A stretch of 52,881 bases of DNA from a virus. Lineage: Duplodnaviria > Caudoviricetes. Where the stretch lies: IMG/VR virus record IMGVR_UViG_3300020446_000014, positions 1-52,881 of that record. One strand, written 5' to 3'. The notes beneath the pieces are model-generated. The model made no database searches. It was not told the origin of the DNA and saw nothing but the letters and a program-made list of their open reading frames with translations. Positions 28,831 through 38,160 of the stretch are shown here, piece by piece. The position numbers and the translations under genes were made by a program. How positions within the stretch are numbered: position 1 is the stretch's first letter; the number at the start of each line of letters is the position of its first letter.

Positions 28831-28863
28831 ATTATCCAAAATAGTTCGTGTTTAGCTTGTAAA
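28831..28863 (-). promoter_or_regulatory. Early promoter-like motif, copy 6
   Basis: ATTATCC-aaaatagt-TCGTGTT-tagct-TGTAAA. Confidence 0.8.
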
Positions 28864-29046
28864 AATTTGCATTAAAAAGGCAAAAAGTTAAAGTGTTGAT
28901 ATACAATTAGTTAGGGGGTGGGGTTTAAAATATGGTTTTAGTTTAAGTGGCTGAGTGTCAAATAGTTACGCGTAATACAAAACCTATAAACTTATAACAA
29001 AAAAATAATTTACCTACCCGGGGTATATTAAAAAACCTTAAGTGGT

Positions 29047-29091
29047 ATGACAATAGGGTATTAATATAATAATGTAGGGGGCTAACGTCAC
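29047..29091 (+). promoter_or_regulatory. 45-bp dyad element, copy B
   Basis: ATGACAATAGG-N23-GCTAACGTCAC; inverted relative to copy A. Confidence 0.7.
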
Positions 29092-29129
29092 ACTTTTGAC
29101 TTCTGAGAATAGCATGTAATAAAATATGC

Positions 29130-29369
29130 ATGCAAGATTCATTTATAAAAAATAACTTATCTATAGTTATATCATTCGTAGCCGCTGTATTCGCAGCAGG
29201 TGGTATATTCTCTGAATTCACATCACTGAAAGATGAACTACATCTGGTCCATGAAAGATTAGATGATAAGATTATTATTATAGATCGTCTTGAAATGCGT
29301 ATACTCGAAATAGAAAAACAATTAGAGTATGAACGTGGACTGCTTGAAGCAAATAAAAAACGCAAATAA
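29130..29369 (+). CDS. Membrane-anchored coiled-coil protein (i-spanin/holin-like)
   Basis: N-terminal TM helix followed by heptad repeats. Confidence 0.6.
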   Translation: MQDSFIKNNLSIVISFVAAVFAAGGIFSEFTSLKDELHLVHERLDDKIIIIDRLEMRILEIEKQLEYERGLLEANKKRK

Positions 29370-29378
29370 AATTTAATT

Positions 29379-29582
29379 ATGAGTAAAGATACAGTATACA
29401 TAAAGAGTAACGGTATACGTAATGAACTAAAGGAGATACGAAAGAGTATCGACTCACTAACTAACGCGCTTATTGAAATACATATCGCACAAACAAACAA
29501 ACCTTATGAAAACGATAATAATGACTGCACTTGTGGGGAGTCTAGCCGCAAGCTGCGTAAGTCAAAAAAACCTAGCAAATGA
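29379..29582 (+). CDS. Hypothetical protein
   Basis: 67-aa ORF with a short coiled coil (NGIRNELKEIRKSIDSL). Confidence 0.55.
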   Translation: MSKDTVYIKSNGIRNELKEIRKSIDSLTNALIEIHIAQTNKPYENDNNDCTCGESSRKLRKSKKPSK

Positions 29583-29685
29583 GTACAAGCAAAAAACAAT
29601 AGATGTAAACAGGGATAATCCTGTGGAGGTAACTTTAGCTCAACATCTTTATAATGAAATGAAACCGCTTAAGTCAAACAATTAA
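29506..29685 (+). CDS. Small lipoprotein (o-spanin-like)
   Basis: MKTIIMTALVGSLAAS-C lipobox from ATG 29506; overlaps the upstream ORF out of frame. Confidence 0.55.
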   Translation: MKTIIMTALVGSLAASCVSQKNLANEYKQKTIDVNRDNPVEVTLAQHLYNEMKPLKSNN

Positions 29686-29750
29686 GACGTGATATAACAA
29701 GTTATAATACATGCATGTAAACTAAAAGATTAATCTTAAAAAAACAACAA

Positions 29751-30248
29751 ATGAAGTCACCATTCAAAATGATGCCTAAGACGCCATTTATGAAAGCGCT
29801 TGTAGGTAACCAACACAGATTGCCGGAACATCTTAAAAAGGCAATACTAGCTGCGCCAGCTAAATCATACGGTAAATCCCCAATTAAAAAAGAAGGAACT
29901 GGAAAAGATCCTAAAAGAAAAACTTTAGCAGAAGTAGGTAAAGGAGAATATACTAAAATTCGTGATTACACACCACAAGAGCTAGTTGAACAAGTTAAAA
30001 AAAGAGGTGTAACATCTGCACAAATTAAAAAAGAAGTAGCTGACTATAAAGCTAAATCACAAAAAATAAGATCAAGCAGTAAAGCAATTCCTAATTCTGG
30101 ATCACAAATGGCCGAAATACTTAAAGAAGGTGGAGCTGGAGGAGAAAGAGGTATTGCAAGAGCAGCTAAAAGAAGAGGTTCTGGTAAAAAGACTCCAATA
30201 AAATCTTACGGCAAAAAGACTCCTATTAAAAAACATTGCTATAAATAA
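29751..30248 (+). CDS. Lys-rich protein with repeated K[ST]P[FI] motifs (possible internal virion protein)
   Basis: KSPFK, KTPFMK, KSPIKK, KTPIKS, KTPIKK. Confidence 0.65.
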   Translation: MKSPFKMMPKTPFMKALVGNQHRLPEHLKKAILAAPAKSYGKSPIKKEGTGKDPKRKTLAEVGKGEYTKIRDYTPQELVEQVKKRGVTSAQIKKEVADYKAKSQKIRSSSKAIPNSGSQMAEILKEGGAGGERGIARAAKRRGSGKKTPIKSYGKKTPIKKHCYK

Positions 30249-30256
30249 TAATAGTA

Positions 30257-30496
30257 ATGCCTCAAAAATTATCACCTGACGCAAAGCGTCGCAAAGCAAT
30301 CCGCGACAAAAAAGTTGCGATGACACCGCGGCGCCGAGCTATGAAGGCTGAAAACCAACGTAAGCGGAGGGCTGCAAAAAAGAAAGGAAAAAATATTAAT
30401 GGTATGGATTACGACCATACTACAAGTTCTTTTGTATCTGCAAAACGAAATCGATCAGGATTTGGTAAAGGAACTAAATTAAACAACACAAAGTAA
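30257..30496 (+). CDS. Basic protein with a degenerate HNH-like motif
   Basis: GMDYDH...SAKRNR. Confidence 0.6.
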   Translation: MPQKLSPDAKRRKAIRDKKVAMTPRRRAMKAENQRKRRAAKKKGKNINGMDYDHTTSSFVSAKRNRSGFGKGTKLNNTK

Positions 30497-33213
30497 TGCC
30501 AATAATTAATAACTACGACATAGACACAAATATAGATGCTACCGATTTTTTTATTGGTATATCGGGAGAAGACGGTAGAACTAGAAAGTTTAGTGCTACT
30601 ACTGTTTCCAACTTTGTGCAATTACAAGCAAATAGTGTAACAGACACAAATTTTTATTTAGAAAATGTTTCTGCAAACTCATCAACAGGAGACGTTACGT
30701 TTACAGTAAATGGATCTTCTGATTTAGTATTATCATTAGGAACAGCCGCATTTTCACAAGTAGATGATTTTGCTACAGCAACTCACGTGCATGCATTTTC
30801 CGATATTGCTACACCAAATATAGTAACATCAGAATATTTAAATGTTGGTGGCAACGGAACATTAGGACAGGTATTAACATCAGATGGAACTGGAGGGTTT
30901 ACATGGGAAAATGTTTCTGCAGTAGGTGATACTAATTTTTATTTAAACGGTATAACACAATCTGGAAATTCTTTAACATTTAGTGTTTTAGGTGGAACAG
31001 ATCATATTGTTGATTTTGGCGAAGGAGCATTTCTGTCATTACAACAAATAGTAGATAATGTACAATTAAATATAAATGTAAACGATATTGTAAATGCATT
31101 AGGCGGTTTAGCAGGTTTAAATTCTGTTGGTACTGCTAATATAGATGCTGCTTCTATTACCGCATCAAAAATTCAAGACGGTATAATAACAGAACAAAAA
31201 TTAAACGTATCAAATACACCACAAAACGGATACGTATTAACTTCAGATGGCGCTTCTGGATTTACATGGGTTTTAAATTCTTCATCAAATTACTTTGTAA
31301 ATAATATAGTAAGAAACGGTAACGCTTTAACATTTGAATTAGCAGGCGGTGCTGCTCCATCAACTTTTGCTTCATACACTTTAGGTGAAGCTGCTTATAG
31401 AGATGTAGGTACTAATTTAGGACAAGTAGCCGACGGGGCACATACCCACGATATTTCAACAATACTTAACGCAGGTGTTTTAGCAACACTAGATACAGTA
31501 AATACAGCACAAATAGATAATAGTGCTGTAACAATAGATAAACTATCTGCCTCAGGTACTGACGGACAATTTTTAACAATAACTTCAGGATCTTTAGCAT
31601 GGACAACAATTTCTACGGCAAATATTGATTTCTTATCATTACCAAACACACCGTCTTCTTTTGCAAGTCAAGCAGGTAAGGTAGTAAAAGTTAATTCCGG
31701 AGAAACAGCTTTAGAGTTTGTAGACTTTACAATAGATTTAAATTCTATAACAACAGCAAACGTTGGTGCACCTGGTAAAGTATTAAGTGTTGATTCAAAT
31801 GGAAATCTTACTTGGATTAATGTAACAGCAGGTGGTACTATAACAATATACCCAGATGATTTAAATGGTATAACAACCTACGGAACATCTGGCCAAACTA
31901 TTCAAACAAATGGAAACGGCACATTTAGTTATCATACTCCTTTTGACTATCAGTTTAGTTCTTTACTAAATACACCAACAACAGTATCAGGTTATGGAAT
32001 AACTGATGCAATGACAACAGCACATGACGCTAATGTTATTACTTCAGCAGATATTTCAAACTGGAATACAGCATACGGATGGGGTGATCATTCGCTTGTG
32101 GGATATTTAACAGCAGAAACTGATCCTATATTTACTGCATCAGCGGCTGGAGGCATAACTGCTACACAAGTTACAAATTGGGATACAGCTTACAGCTGGG
32201 GTGATCATTCTTTAGCTGGTTATATAACGGCTGAATCAGACCCTGTATTTAGTGTTTCGCCAGCAGGTACAATAACAAATACAAATATTGCAAATTGGAA
32301 CACTGCTTATGGTTGGGGCGATCACAGTACTCAAGGCTATATAAATAGTGAAACAACTACAACACTTGCTTTAGCTAATAATACACTTACATATACCGAT
32401 GAAACAGGTACTGCCACAAATATTGATTTATCATTATATTTAGATGACACAAATTTAGCTAGACTTACAAGTGGTACATTAAATGGATCTACAGGTATTG
32501 CAACATTTACAAGAGATGATAATTCTACATTTAATGTAGATTTTAGTGCTTTTTTAAGCGGCGGCGGTTTAACAGATACGTATGTTAATGCTGCTTCATT
32601 TAATACAAATACAGGTGTATTAACATTAACTAGAAATAATTCAGCAACAGTTGATGTAGATCTTGATAACAGATATTTACAAACATATAGTGAATCATCA
32701 ACATTAGATGATGTAGTTGGAAGAAATAATGCAACAACAACTACAGCGGTAATTCCTTTTTATTATGCAAATCAAGCAGCATTTCCAAGTGCAGGAACAT
32801 ATCATGGTGCTATAGCACATTCACACATTGATGGTACAATGTATTATGCTCATAGTAGTGCTTGGCATGAATTAGCAAATGCAGATGCAAGTAATATATC
32901 TAATGCTATAGGATATGCTCAAACTGCAAATGAATTTAAAACCTCAACTACATTTACTACAGATGTAGATTTTTCAACAGCTGCAGTATTTACACAAACA
33001 CTTTCCGGAAACTTAACAATGACATTTTCAAACGCTGGAATTGGTATGACCAAAATACTTTTAATTACGGGAGGTAATGGAGGTTATACTTTAACATTCC
33101 CAGCGGGCGCAACAAAATTAGAAGGTACTTATGATGATACCGTAGTAAACTTTATACAGGTTACTTGTACGGGATCAGGAGAATACTATTATACAATTTC
33201 ACAACCAGCATAA
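30496..33213 (+). CDS. Long tail/head fibre protein with internal repeats
   Basis: Repeated DTNFYL, G.VLTSDG.G.FTW and three NW.TAY.WGDHS units. Confidence 0.8.
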   Translation: MPIINNYDIDTNIDATDFFIGISGEDGRTRKFSATTVSNFVQLQANSVTDTNFYLENVSANSSTGDVTFTVNGSSDLVLSLGTAAFSQVDDFATATHVHAFSDIATPNIVTSEYLNVGGNGTLGQVLTSDGTGGFTWENVSAVGDTNFYLNGITQSGNSLTFSVLGGTDHIVDFGEGAFLSLQQIVDNVQLNINVNDIVNALGGLAGLNSVGTANIDAASITASKIQDGIITEQKLNVSNTPQNGYVLTSDGASGFTWVLNSSSNYFVNNIVRNGNALTFELAGGAAPSTFASYTLGEAAYRDVGTNLGQVADGAHTHDISTILNAGVLATLDTVNTAQIDNSAVTIDKLSASGTDGQFLTITSGSLAWTTISTANIDFLSLPNTPSSFASQAGKVVKVNSGETALEFVDFTIDLNSITTANVGAPGKVLSVDSNGNLTWINVTAGGTITIYPDDLNGITTYGTSGQTIQTNGNGTFSYHTPFDYQFSSLLNTPTTVSGYGITDAMTTAHDANVITSADISNWNTAYGWGDHSLVGYLTAETDPIFTASAAGGITATQVTNWDTAYSWGDHSLAGYITAESDPVFSVSPAGTITNTNIANWNTAYGWGDHSTQGYINSETTTTLALANNTLTYTDETGTATNIDLSLYLDDTNLARLTSGTLNGSTGIATFTRDDNSTFNVDFSAFLSGGGLTDTYVNAASFNTNTGVLTLTRNNSATVDVDLDNRYLQTYSESSTLDDVVGRNNATTTTAVIPFYYANQAAFPSAGTYHGAIAHSHIDGTMYYAHSSAWHELANADASNISNAIGYAQTANEFKTSTTFTTDVDFSTAAVFTQTLSGNLTMTFSNAGIGMTKILLITGGNGGYTLTFPAGATKLEGTYDDTVVNFIQVTCTGSGEYYYTISQPA
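32059..32350 (+). repeat. Tandem 117-nt (39-aa) coding repeats, about 2.5 units
   Basis: NWxTAYxWGDHS starts at 32059, 32176 and 32293. Confidence 0.85.
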
Positions 33214-33214
33214 A

Positions 33215-35518
33215 ATGATTTTTGGACCTCAGTTTATACACATTTCCTCATCTTCTGGTGGAGGTTCGGGATCTGGTCCTGAAGTTGTAACTCCAGCAAT
33301 TTTAGGGCTTGTTAAAAAATTAGGCAATAAGCTTTTTGCTACTTCAGCTGATGGCAATATGTATGAATCATCAGATAATGGTGCTACTTGGAGTAATGTT
33401 TCAGCGGTATCAACAACGCTGCATAGTCAACATACTTATAGTGTTAATGAAGAATCATCAAGATTATCATTTTCTGATACTAGTTTAGATTTAGTAACAT
33501 TTGATGGTACAAATAATGTATCAACAGTAAATTTTACAACTAGTTCAAATGCATTACAATTTTTAAAAAAAATAGGTTCTAGGTATTATGCTTCTGAATC
33601 TGTTTCTGGAGGTAATGCTTTATATTATACTACAGACAGTACGTTTGCTACAGGTTGGACATCACTAGGAACAGGCACAGCATCGCATTGGATAGAAGAA
33701 GGAAATGGCGTAGAAATTAGAGATAATGGAGGCACAGTATATAGAAGTACAGATGGATTTGCAACCTCTACAACTATATATGGATTTTCATCAAGTAGTG
33801 CTCCCCAATTAATAACAGACGGTAATGATAATTGGATTAGATTAGGCGGAGGTAATTCAGCAAGAATTTCTACTGATAATGGTGTTAACTGGACTAATAA
33901 ATATATAATAGAAGCGGGAGGAAGTTATCCTAGTGATATTATTCAAGCAAAAGCAGATACATCTGGTAATGCTTTTTATTATGATGGTAATTTTTATTTT
34001 ATGAATACCAATTATTCTAATAATTATACTCCTCCAAATAGAGCATATAAATTACCTGTTTCTGAACTAAGTAATACATATCCTGAAGCAACTGTATTAT
34101 ATGACTTTAATGTTTCAAGCAATCCAGCATTATCATCTTATACTTCAATAATTCCTTTATATATTTCATATACTAATAACTATGCATATATAAGTGCTTA
34201 TGATAATGATCAATTAGGTACTATAACTCCGTTATTATTTTCTTTTCAGTTATCTCAAAATTATGTTCAATCTTACAGTATAACACCAGCATCAAGTGGT
34301 TCATTTTTTGGATTTGACACTAATAATATACGGTTCCAATCTAATGAACATACCACCCCTGCAGAATCAAAAAGACTTTGGAATTTAGGAAATAATACAA
34401 TTCAAGTATCATACCAATGGTATATTGATACAACAAATTTAGAGGCAGGAACTAAATTATATACTTCATCTGGTTTAACCGATTTAGCAATGGGACCTAA
34501 TGGTTGGCCTGTAGAAACAAGAAACACATATGGGTATTATTTAATTAATTCAAATGCATCAAACCAATATAATGTAAACCCAGCTTCTGTAGATTATTGG
34601 GTTAAAGTAGATACAGCTACAAGCAAGGTTCTTCATGTGTACGCAGATTCAGATGTTACAGCAAATACATTAAAAGATCTTACTTCTAATGTAGGTACAG
34701 GTGGAACTGTTGGAACAAACGGTGCAATTTTCTTCGGTGATGGAAATACAGGATATAGCACTTATCAAGGAGCTTTAGGTGCTAATATTTCTAATCAGGA
34801 TTATGGTTATCAAATATATACTGATGCTGAAGATAAATATCCAAAACCAGGCGATAGAACTTATCTAACAACAACCGCTACATCATCTCAAGTATGGTCA
34901 TCGGGAGGTGGTGCTGGTAAGTGGTATCCTTTTTTATTAGAAGGTACAACGTCATCTAATAGTGTTTCGTACGCAATACAATTTGGTTATGCAAGTCATG
35001 ATGGATCAAACATTGCAACAACATCACCAAACCATAATAATGGTTTATTTATTACCGATATTAAAGATAGTAATGGTAATAGTATAACAGAAATTCCAAG
35101 TAATGCTACGCCTACTACACCTGCTGTTCCAATGGGATGGTTTGCTAATGCATATGATGAATATAGTGCGTTTTCAACAAGATCAAATGCTTGCTCAGGA
35201 GGATTTGCTAATTCAACAAGTATAAGAGTACACTTTAAGTCAGGAAATACTATAGCATATCCAACCACAACACAAGATATTATCGATGGATCACTCTCGG
35301 GTTCAGGTACAAATTTAGATCTGTACACTGATAGCAATGGCAGTCCAGCTACTAAATTCAGGGGTGGAGCTTTATATGTTGGTTTAGTTTATAAACCCAT
35401 AAGCAATCAAAATACTTCTACTCAACCTCAGCTAACTTTAACTGCTCTTGGAAGTTCAACTGATTATCCACCTTATATTGCAGAAGGAACATATGATTAT
35501 GTGCAGTCATGCCCATAA
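33215..35518 (+). CDS. Putative receptor-binding protein with a BNR/Asp-box beta-propeller
   Basis: SSDNGATW, RSTDGFAT and STDNGVNW Asp-box repeats. Confidence 0.7.
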   Translation: MIFGPQFIHISSSSGGGSGSGPEVVTPAILGLVKKLGNKLFATSADGNMYESSDNGATWSNVSAVSTTLHSQHTYSVNEESSRLSFSDTSLDLVTFDGTNNVSTVNFTTSSNALQFLKKIGSRYYASESVSGGNALYYTTDSTFATGWTSLGTGTASHWIEEGNGVEIRDNGGTVYRSTDGFATSTTIYGFSSSSAPQLITDGNDNWIRLGGGNSARISTDNGVNWTNKYIIEAGGSYPSDIIQAKADTSGNAFYYDGNFYFMNTNYSNNYTPPNRAYKLPVSELSNTYPEATVLYDFNVSSNPALSSYTSIIPLYISYTNNYAYISAYDNDQLGTITPLLFSFQLSQNYVQSYSITPASSGSFFGFDTNNIRFQSNEHTTPAESKRLWNLGNNTIQVSYQWYIDTTNLEAGTKLYTSSGLTDLAMGPNGWPVETRNTYGYYLINSNASNQYNVNPASVDYWVKVDTATSKVLHVYADSDVTANTLKDLTSNVGTGGTVGTNGAIFFGDGNTGYSTYQGALGANISNQDYGYQIYTDAEDKYPKPGDRTYLTTTATSSQVWSSGGGAGKWYPFLLEGTTSSNSVSYAIQFGYASHDGSNIATTSPNHNNGLFITDIKDSNGNSITEIPSNATPTTPAVPMGWFANAYDEYSAFSTRSNACSGGFANSTSIRVHFKSGNTIAYPTTTQDIIDGSLSGSGTNLDLYTDSNGSPATKFRGGALYVGLVYKPISNQNTSTQPQLTLTALGSSTDYPPYIAEGTYDYVQSCP

Positions 35519-35612
35519 AACACTATAATAATGAAAACAGTAAAAACATATAATTAAATGTAATATACTATATAACCAAAAAACAATTTTTTAACCTTAA
35601 AACCAAATACCT

Positions 35613-35897
35613 ATGACGTATTTTTATTATAAGACCAATACATGGTCTAGTGAACCACAAGTATCCAAAGAAACCAAAAACCTTTGGAAAGAATATGCCG
35701 AAAAAAGCAATTGGCGAATTACACAATTACCTAATGGTTTTTATCAAACAGAATTTAATAATGATGATAACTGGCAAGGTATAACAAGAAGAGAAACAAT
35801 AGAAGGTGCTGAAAAAGCAATTGATTCTTCTATTGATCACTATAAGAAAAAACTCAAACTATCAGAGGGACCTATTGTAGTGAAAACATTTAAGTAA
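35613..35897 (+). CDS. Hypothetical protein upstream of the chaperonin
   Basis: 94-aa ORF (WRITQLPNG.YQTE...TRRETIEGAE). Confidence 0.7.
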   Translation: MTYFYYKTNTWSSEPQVSKETKNLWKEYAEKSNWRITQLPNGFYQTEFNNDDNWQGITRRETIEGAEKAIDSSIDHYKKKLKLSEGPIVVKTFK

Positions 35898-35915
35898 TAT
35901 TTAAAATTTAATTTA

Positions 35916-37466
35916 ATGGAATTTAATCATCCGAGTGAGATTGTTAAAAATTTATCTTTTAGCAATAACGCTCAAGACAAAATTATGTCAGGAGTTGACA
36001 AATTAGCTAAAGCTGTTGCGTCTACAATGGGAGCATCTGGTAAATGCGTTATATATGAAGATGCCTTAGGTAAACCAATAGTTACAAAAGACGGAGTGAC
36101 TGTTGCAAATAGCGTTATCCTTATGGATCCCGTCGAGAATATCGGCGCAACCCTCATTAAAGAGGCAGCTCAAAAAACAGTTAAGGAAGCGGGCGACGGT
36201 ACTACTACAGCTACCGTGCTCGCACACTCCATTTTAAAAGAATACTGGAAAATAGAAGATCCAGATATAAGAAGAATAAAAGAAGATATAAATAAAGCAT
36301 CAAAAGAAATATGTGCTTATTTAGAAAAATCTTCTAAAAAAGTTACAGGCAAAATGCTAGACCATGTTGCTACTATATCAACAAATAATGATGCGACATT
36401 AGGTACTATAATAGCAGATGCTTATAATAAAGTTGGTAAAGACGGTGTTGTACTTATGGAAGAATCTGAAACAGATGAAACATATGTTGATACAGTTGAT
36501 GGTGTACAATTTGATTCAGGTTTAAAATCTCAGCATTTAATTACCGATAAAGAAAAAAATAAAGTAATACTTGAAGAGCCTTTAGTGTTGATAGTAGATT
36601 CAGAAATTGAATCAATAAGAAAAATACAAAATGTTTTAGAGTATGCTATAAAAAACAATAAACCTATATTAATAATAGGTAATGTTTCTCAACAAGTATT
36701 GTCTGCGCTTATTATGAATAAAGTAAAAGGCAATATAAAAGTAAATATAATTGATCCACCTGGTTTTTCTTCTATAAGAAAAGAGATGCTAGAAGATCTA
36801 GCAATAATAACTGGAGCTAAAGTTATTAATGAAGAATTAGGCGATGATTTAGATTTAATAAATGAAACGTGTTTAGGTATTGCATCTAAAGTTGTAACTG
36901 ATGAAAATAATACTGTTATAGCTACTAATGTAGATACTGAAGATATAAAAGAAAGAATTGCGACAATAGACAAGCAAATAAAGAATGAAAAAAATCCTTA
37001 TTCTTTAAAAAAGCTAGAACAACGTAAAGCAATGCTTTCAGGTTCTGTAGGTATTATATACGTAGGTGCTGATTCTAAAATAGAATTAAAAGAAAAAAAA
37101 GATAGAGTTGAAGACGCTATTTATGCTGTTAAAGCGGCTTTAAAAGAAGGTATTGTTTCTGGAGCTGGAATTGCACTGCACAATGCATCTAATGAAATAC
37201 AAGACGGAACAAATGGTAGAGACTTATTGTTAAATGCAATAAAATCACCATATAAAACAATTCTTGAAAACGCTGGAATATCTTATGATAATCCCACAAA
37301 AAAAGGATGGGGTAAAAATGTTGTAAATAGTGAAAGCGTTAACTTAATTAAAGAAGGAATTATTGATCCTGTATTGGTAACAAAAACTGCATTAAAAAAT
37401 GCTGTATCAGTTGCCACAACAATAATGTCAGCTGATTGTGTAATATCTAATGTAAGAGAACAATGA
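35916..37466 (+). CDS. groEL: Phage chaperonin GroEL
   Basis: VTKDGVTVA, AGDGTTTATVLA, KDRVEDA, GIIDP..VTK; no GGM tail. Confidence 0.97.
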   Translation: MEFNHPSEIVKNLSFSNNAQDKIMSGVDKLAKAVASTMGASGKCVIYEDALGKPIVTKDGVTVANSVILMDPVENIGATLIKEAAQKTVKEAGDGTTTATVLAHSILKEYWKIEDPDIRRIKEDINKASKEICAYLEKSSKKVTGKMLDHVATISTNNDATLGTIIADAYNKVGKDGVVLMEESETDETYVDTVDGVQFDSGLKSQHLITDKEKNKVILEEPLVLIVDSEIESIRKIQNVLEYAIKNNKPILIIGNVSQQVLSALIMNKVKGNIKVNIIDPPGFSSIRKEMLEDLAIITGAKVINEELGDDLDLINETCLGIASKVVTDENNTVIATNVDTEDIKERIATIDKQIKNEKNPYSLKKLEQRKAMLSGSVGIIYVGADSKIELKEKKDRVEDAIYAVKAALKEGIVSGAGIALHNASNEIQDGTNGRDLLLNAIKSPYKTILENAGISYDNPTKKGWGKNVVNSESVNLIKEGIIDPVLVTKTALKNAVSVATTIMSADCVISNVREQ

Positions 37467-37723
37467 GAGCTGTAAATAAGTATATTATAATAAAACCTAT
37501 TAAAGAAGAAGTTAAACCAAATAAATCAGGTTTAATAATTACAGAAAAACATCAAGATGAAATACGCTATAGAAAAGCACAAGTTAAATCTGTGGGTAAT
37601 TATGTAGAAGGTATTTCAAAAGATGATGAAATTTTTTATGATAGGTTTGCAGGGTATGGTATTGATTTTGATAATGAATATCTTCAAGTTATAAAAGAAC
37701 AAGACGTTGTTGTAGTATTATGA
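37463..37723 (+). CDS. groES: Co-chaperonin GroES
   Basis: SGLII mobile loop, VKSVG and IKEQDVV; adjacent to groEL. Confidence 0.9.
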   Translation: MRAVNKYIIIKPIKEEVKPNKSGLIITEKHQDEIRYRKAQVKSVGNYVEGISKDDEIFYDRFAGYGIDFDNEYLQVIKEQDVVVVL

Positions 37724-38160
37724 AAATAGAGCCTAATGATTTAAGAAATATAGGCCTATTAAAGTATTATAGATTAGTTAGAAAGTGGGCTTGTAAAACT
37801 TATAAATTAACTGATGCTGAATTAGAATTATTAATTCATTTTGATTGCTTAGGGACTTTTACACGCGATGATTATATTAAGGGAACTTATATATATTCCT
37901 GGGATAAACATAGATGGCAAAAACTAAGATCGAATGGTTGGATTGATATATATTCTAAACGTAATAAAACTACAATTAAATATAATGTGTATAAGGTTTC
38001 AACACATTGTAAATATATAATAAGCAGGATATATAGAATTCTTTTAGGAGAAGAAGACTTACCTGTTTCAAGAAGAAGTGTATTTAATAAAAATGCAACT
38101 TATACGGATAAAGTGTTTAACTCTGCTATAAATAGCATGAATAAAGATTTACAAAGATAA
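37720..38160 (+). CDS. Hypothetical protein (possible winged-helix)
   Basis: 146-aa ORF coupled to groES. Confidence 0.65.
   Translation: MKIEPNDLRNIGLLKYYRLVRKWACKTYKLTDAELELLIHFDCLGTFTRDDYIKGTYIYSWDKHRWQKLRSNGWIDIYSKRNKTTIKYNVYKVSTHCKYIISRIYRILLGEEDLPVSRRSVFNKNATYTDKVFNSAINSMNKDLQR

Noticed and set aside
26577-28863. Repeated motif read as a CRISPR array or attC-type cassette sites
   Set aside because: Spacing is irregular (about 180-1360 nt), the interior is degenerate and non-palindromic, ORFs lie between copies, and no cas or integrase gene is present.
22321-29091. Invertible segment or transposon bounded by the 45-bp inverted elements
   Set aside because: No recombinase or transposase in the window and only 76% identity between copies; a regulatory or origin role is more parsimonious.
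28958-29500. 180-aa minus-strand ORF and similar antisense ORFs (e.g. 2864-3268, 11448-11873, 45784-46074, 51916-52287)
   Set aside because: Shadow frames of well-supported genes on the opposite strand.
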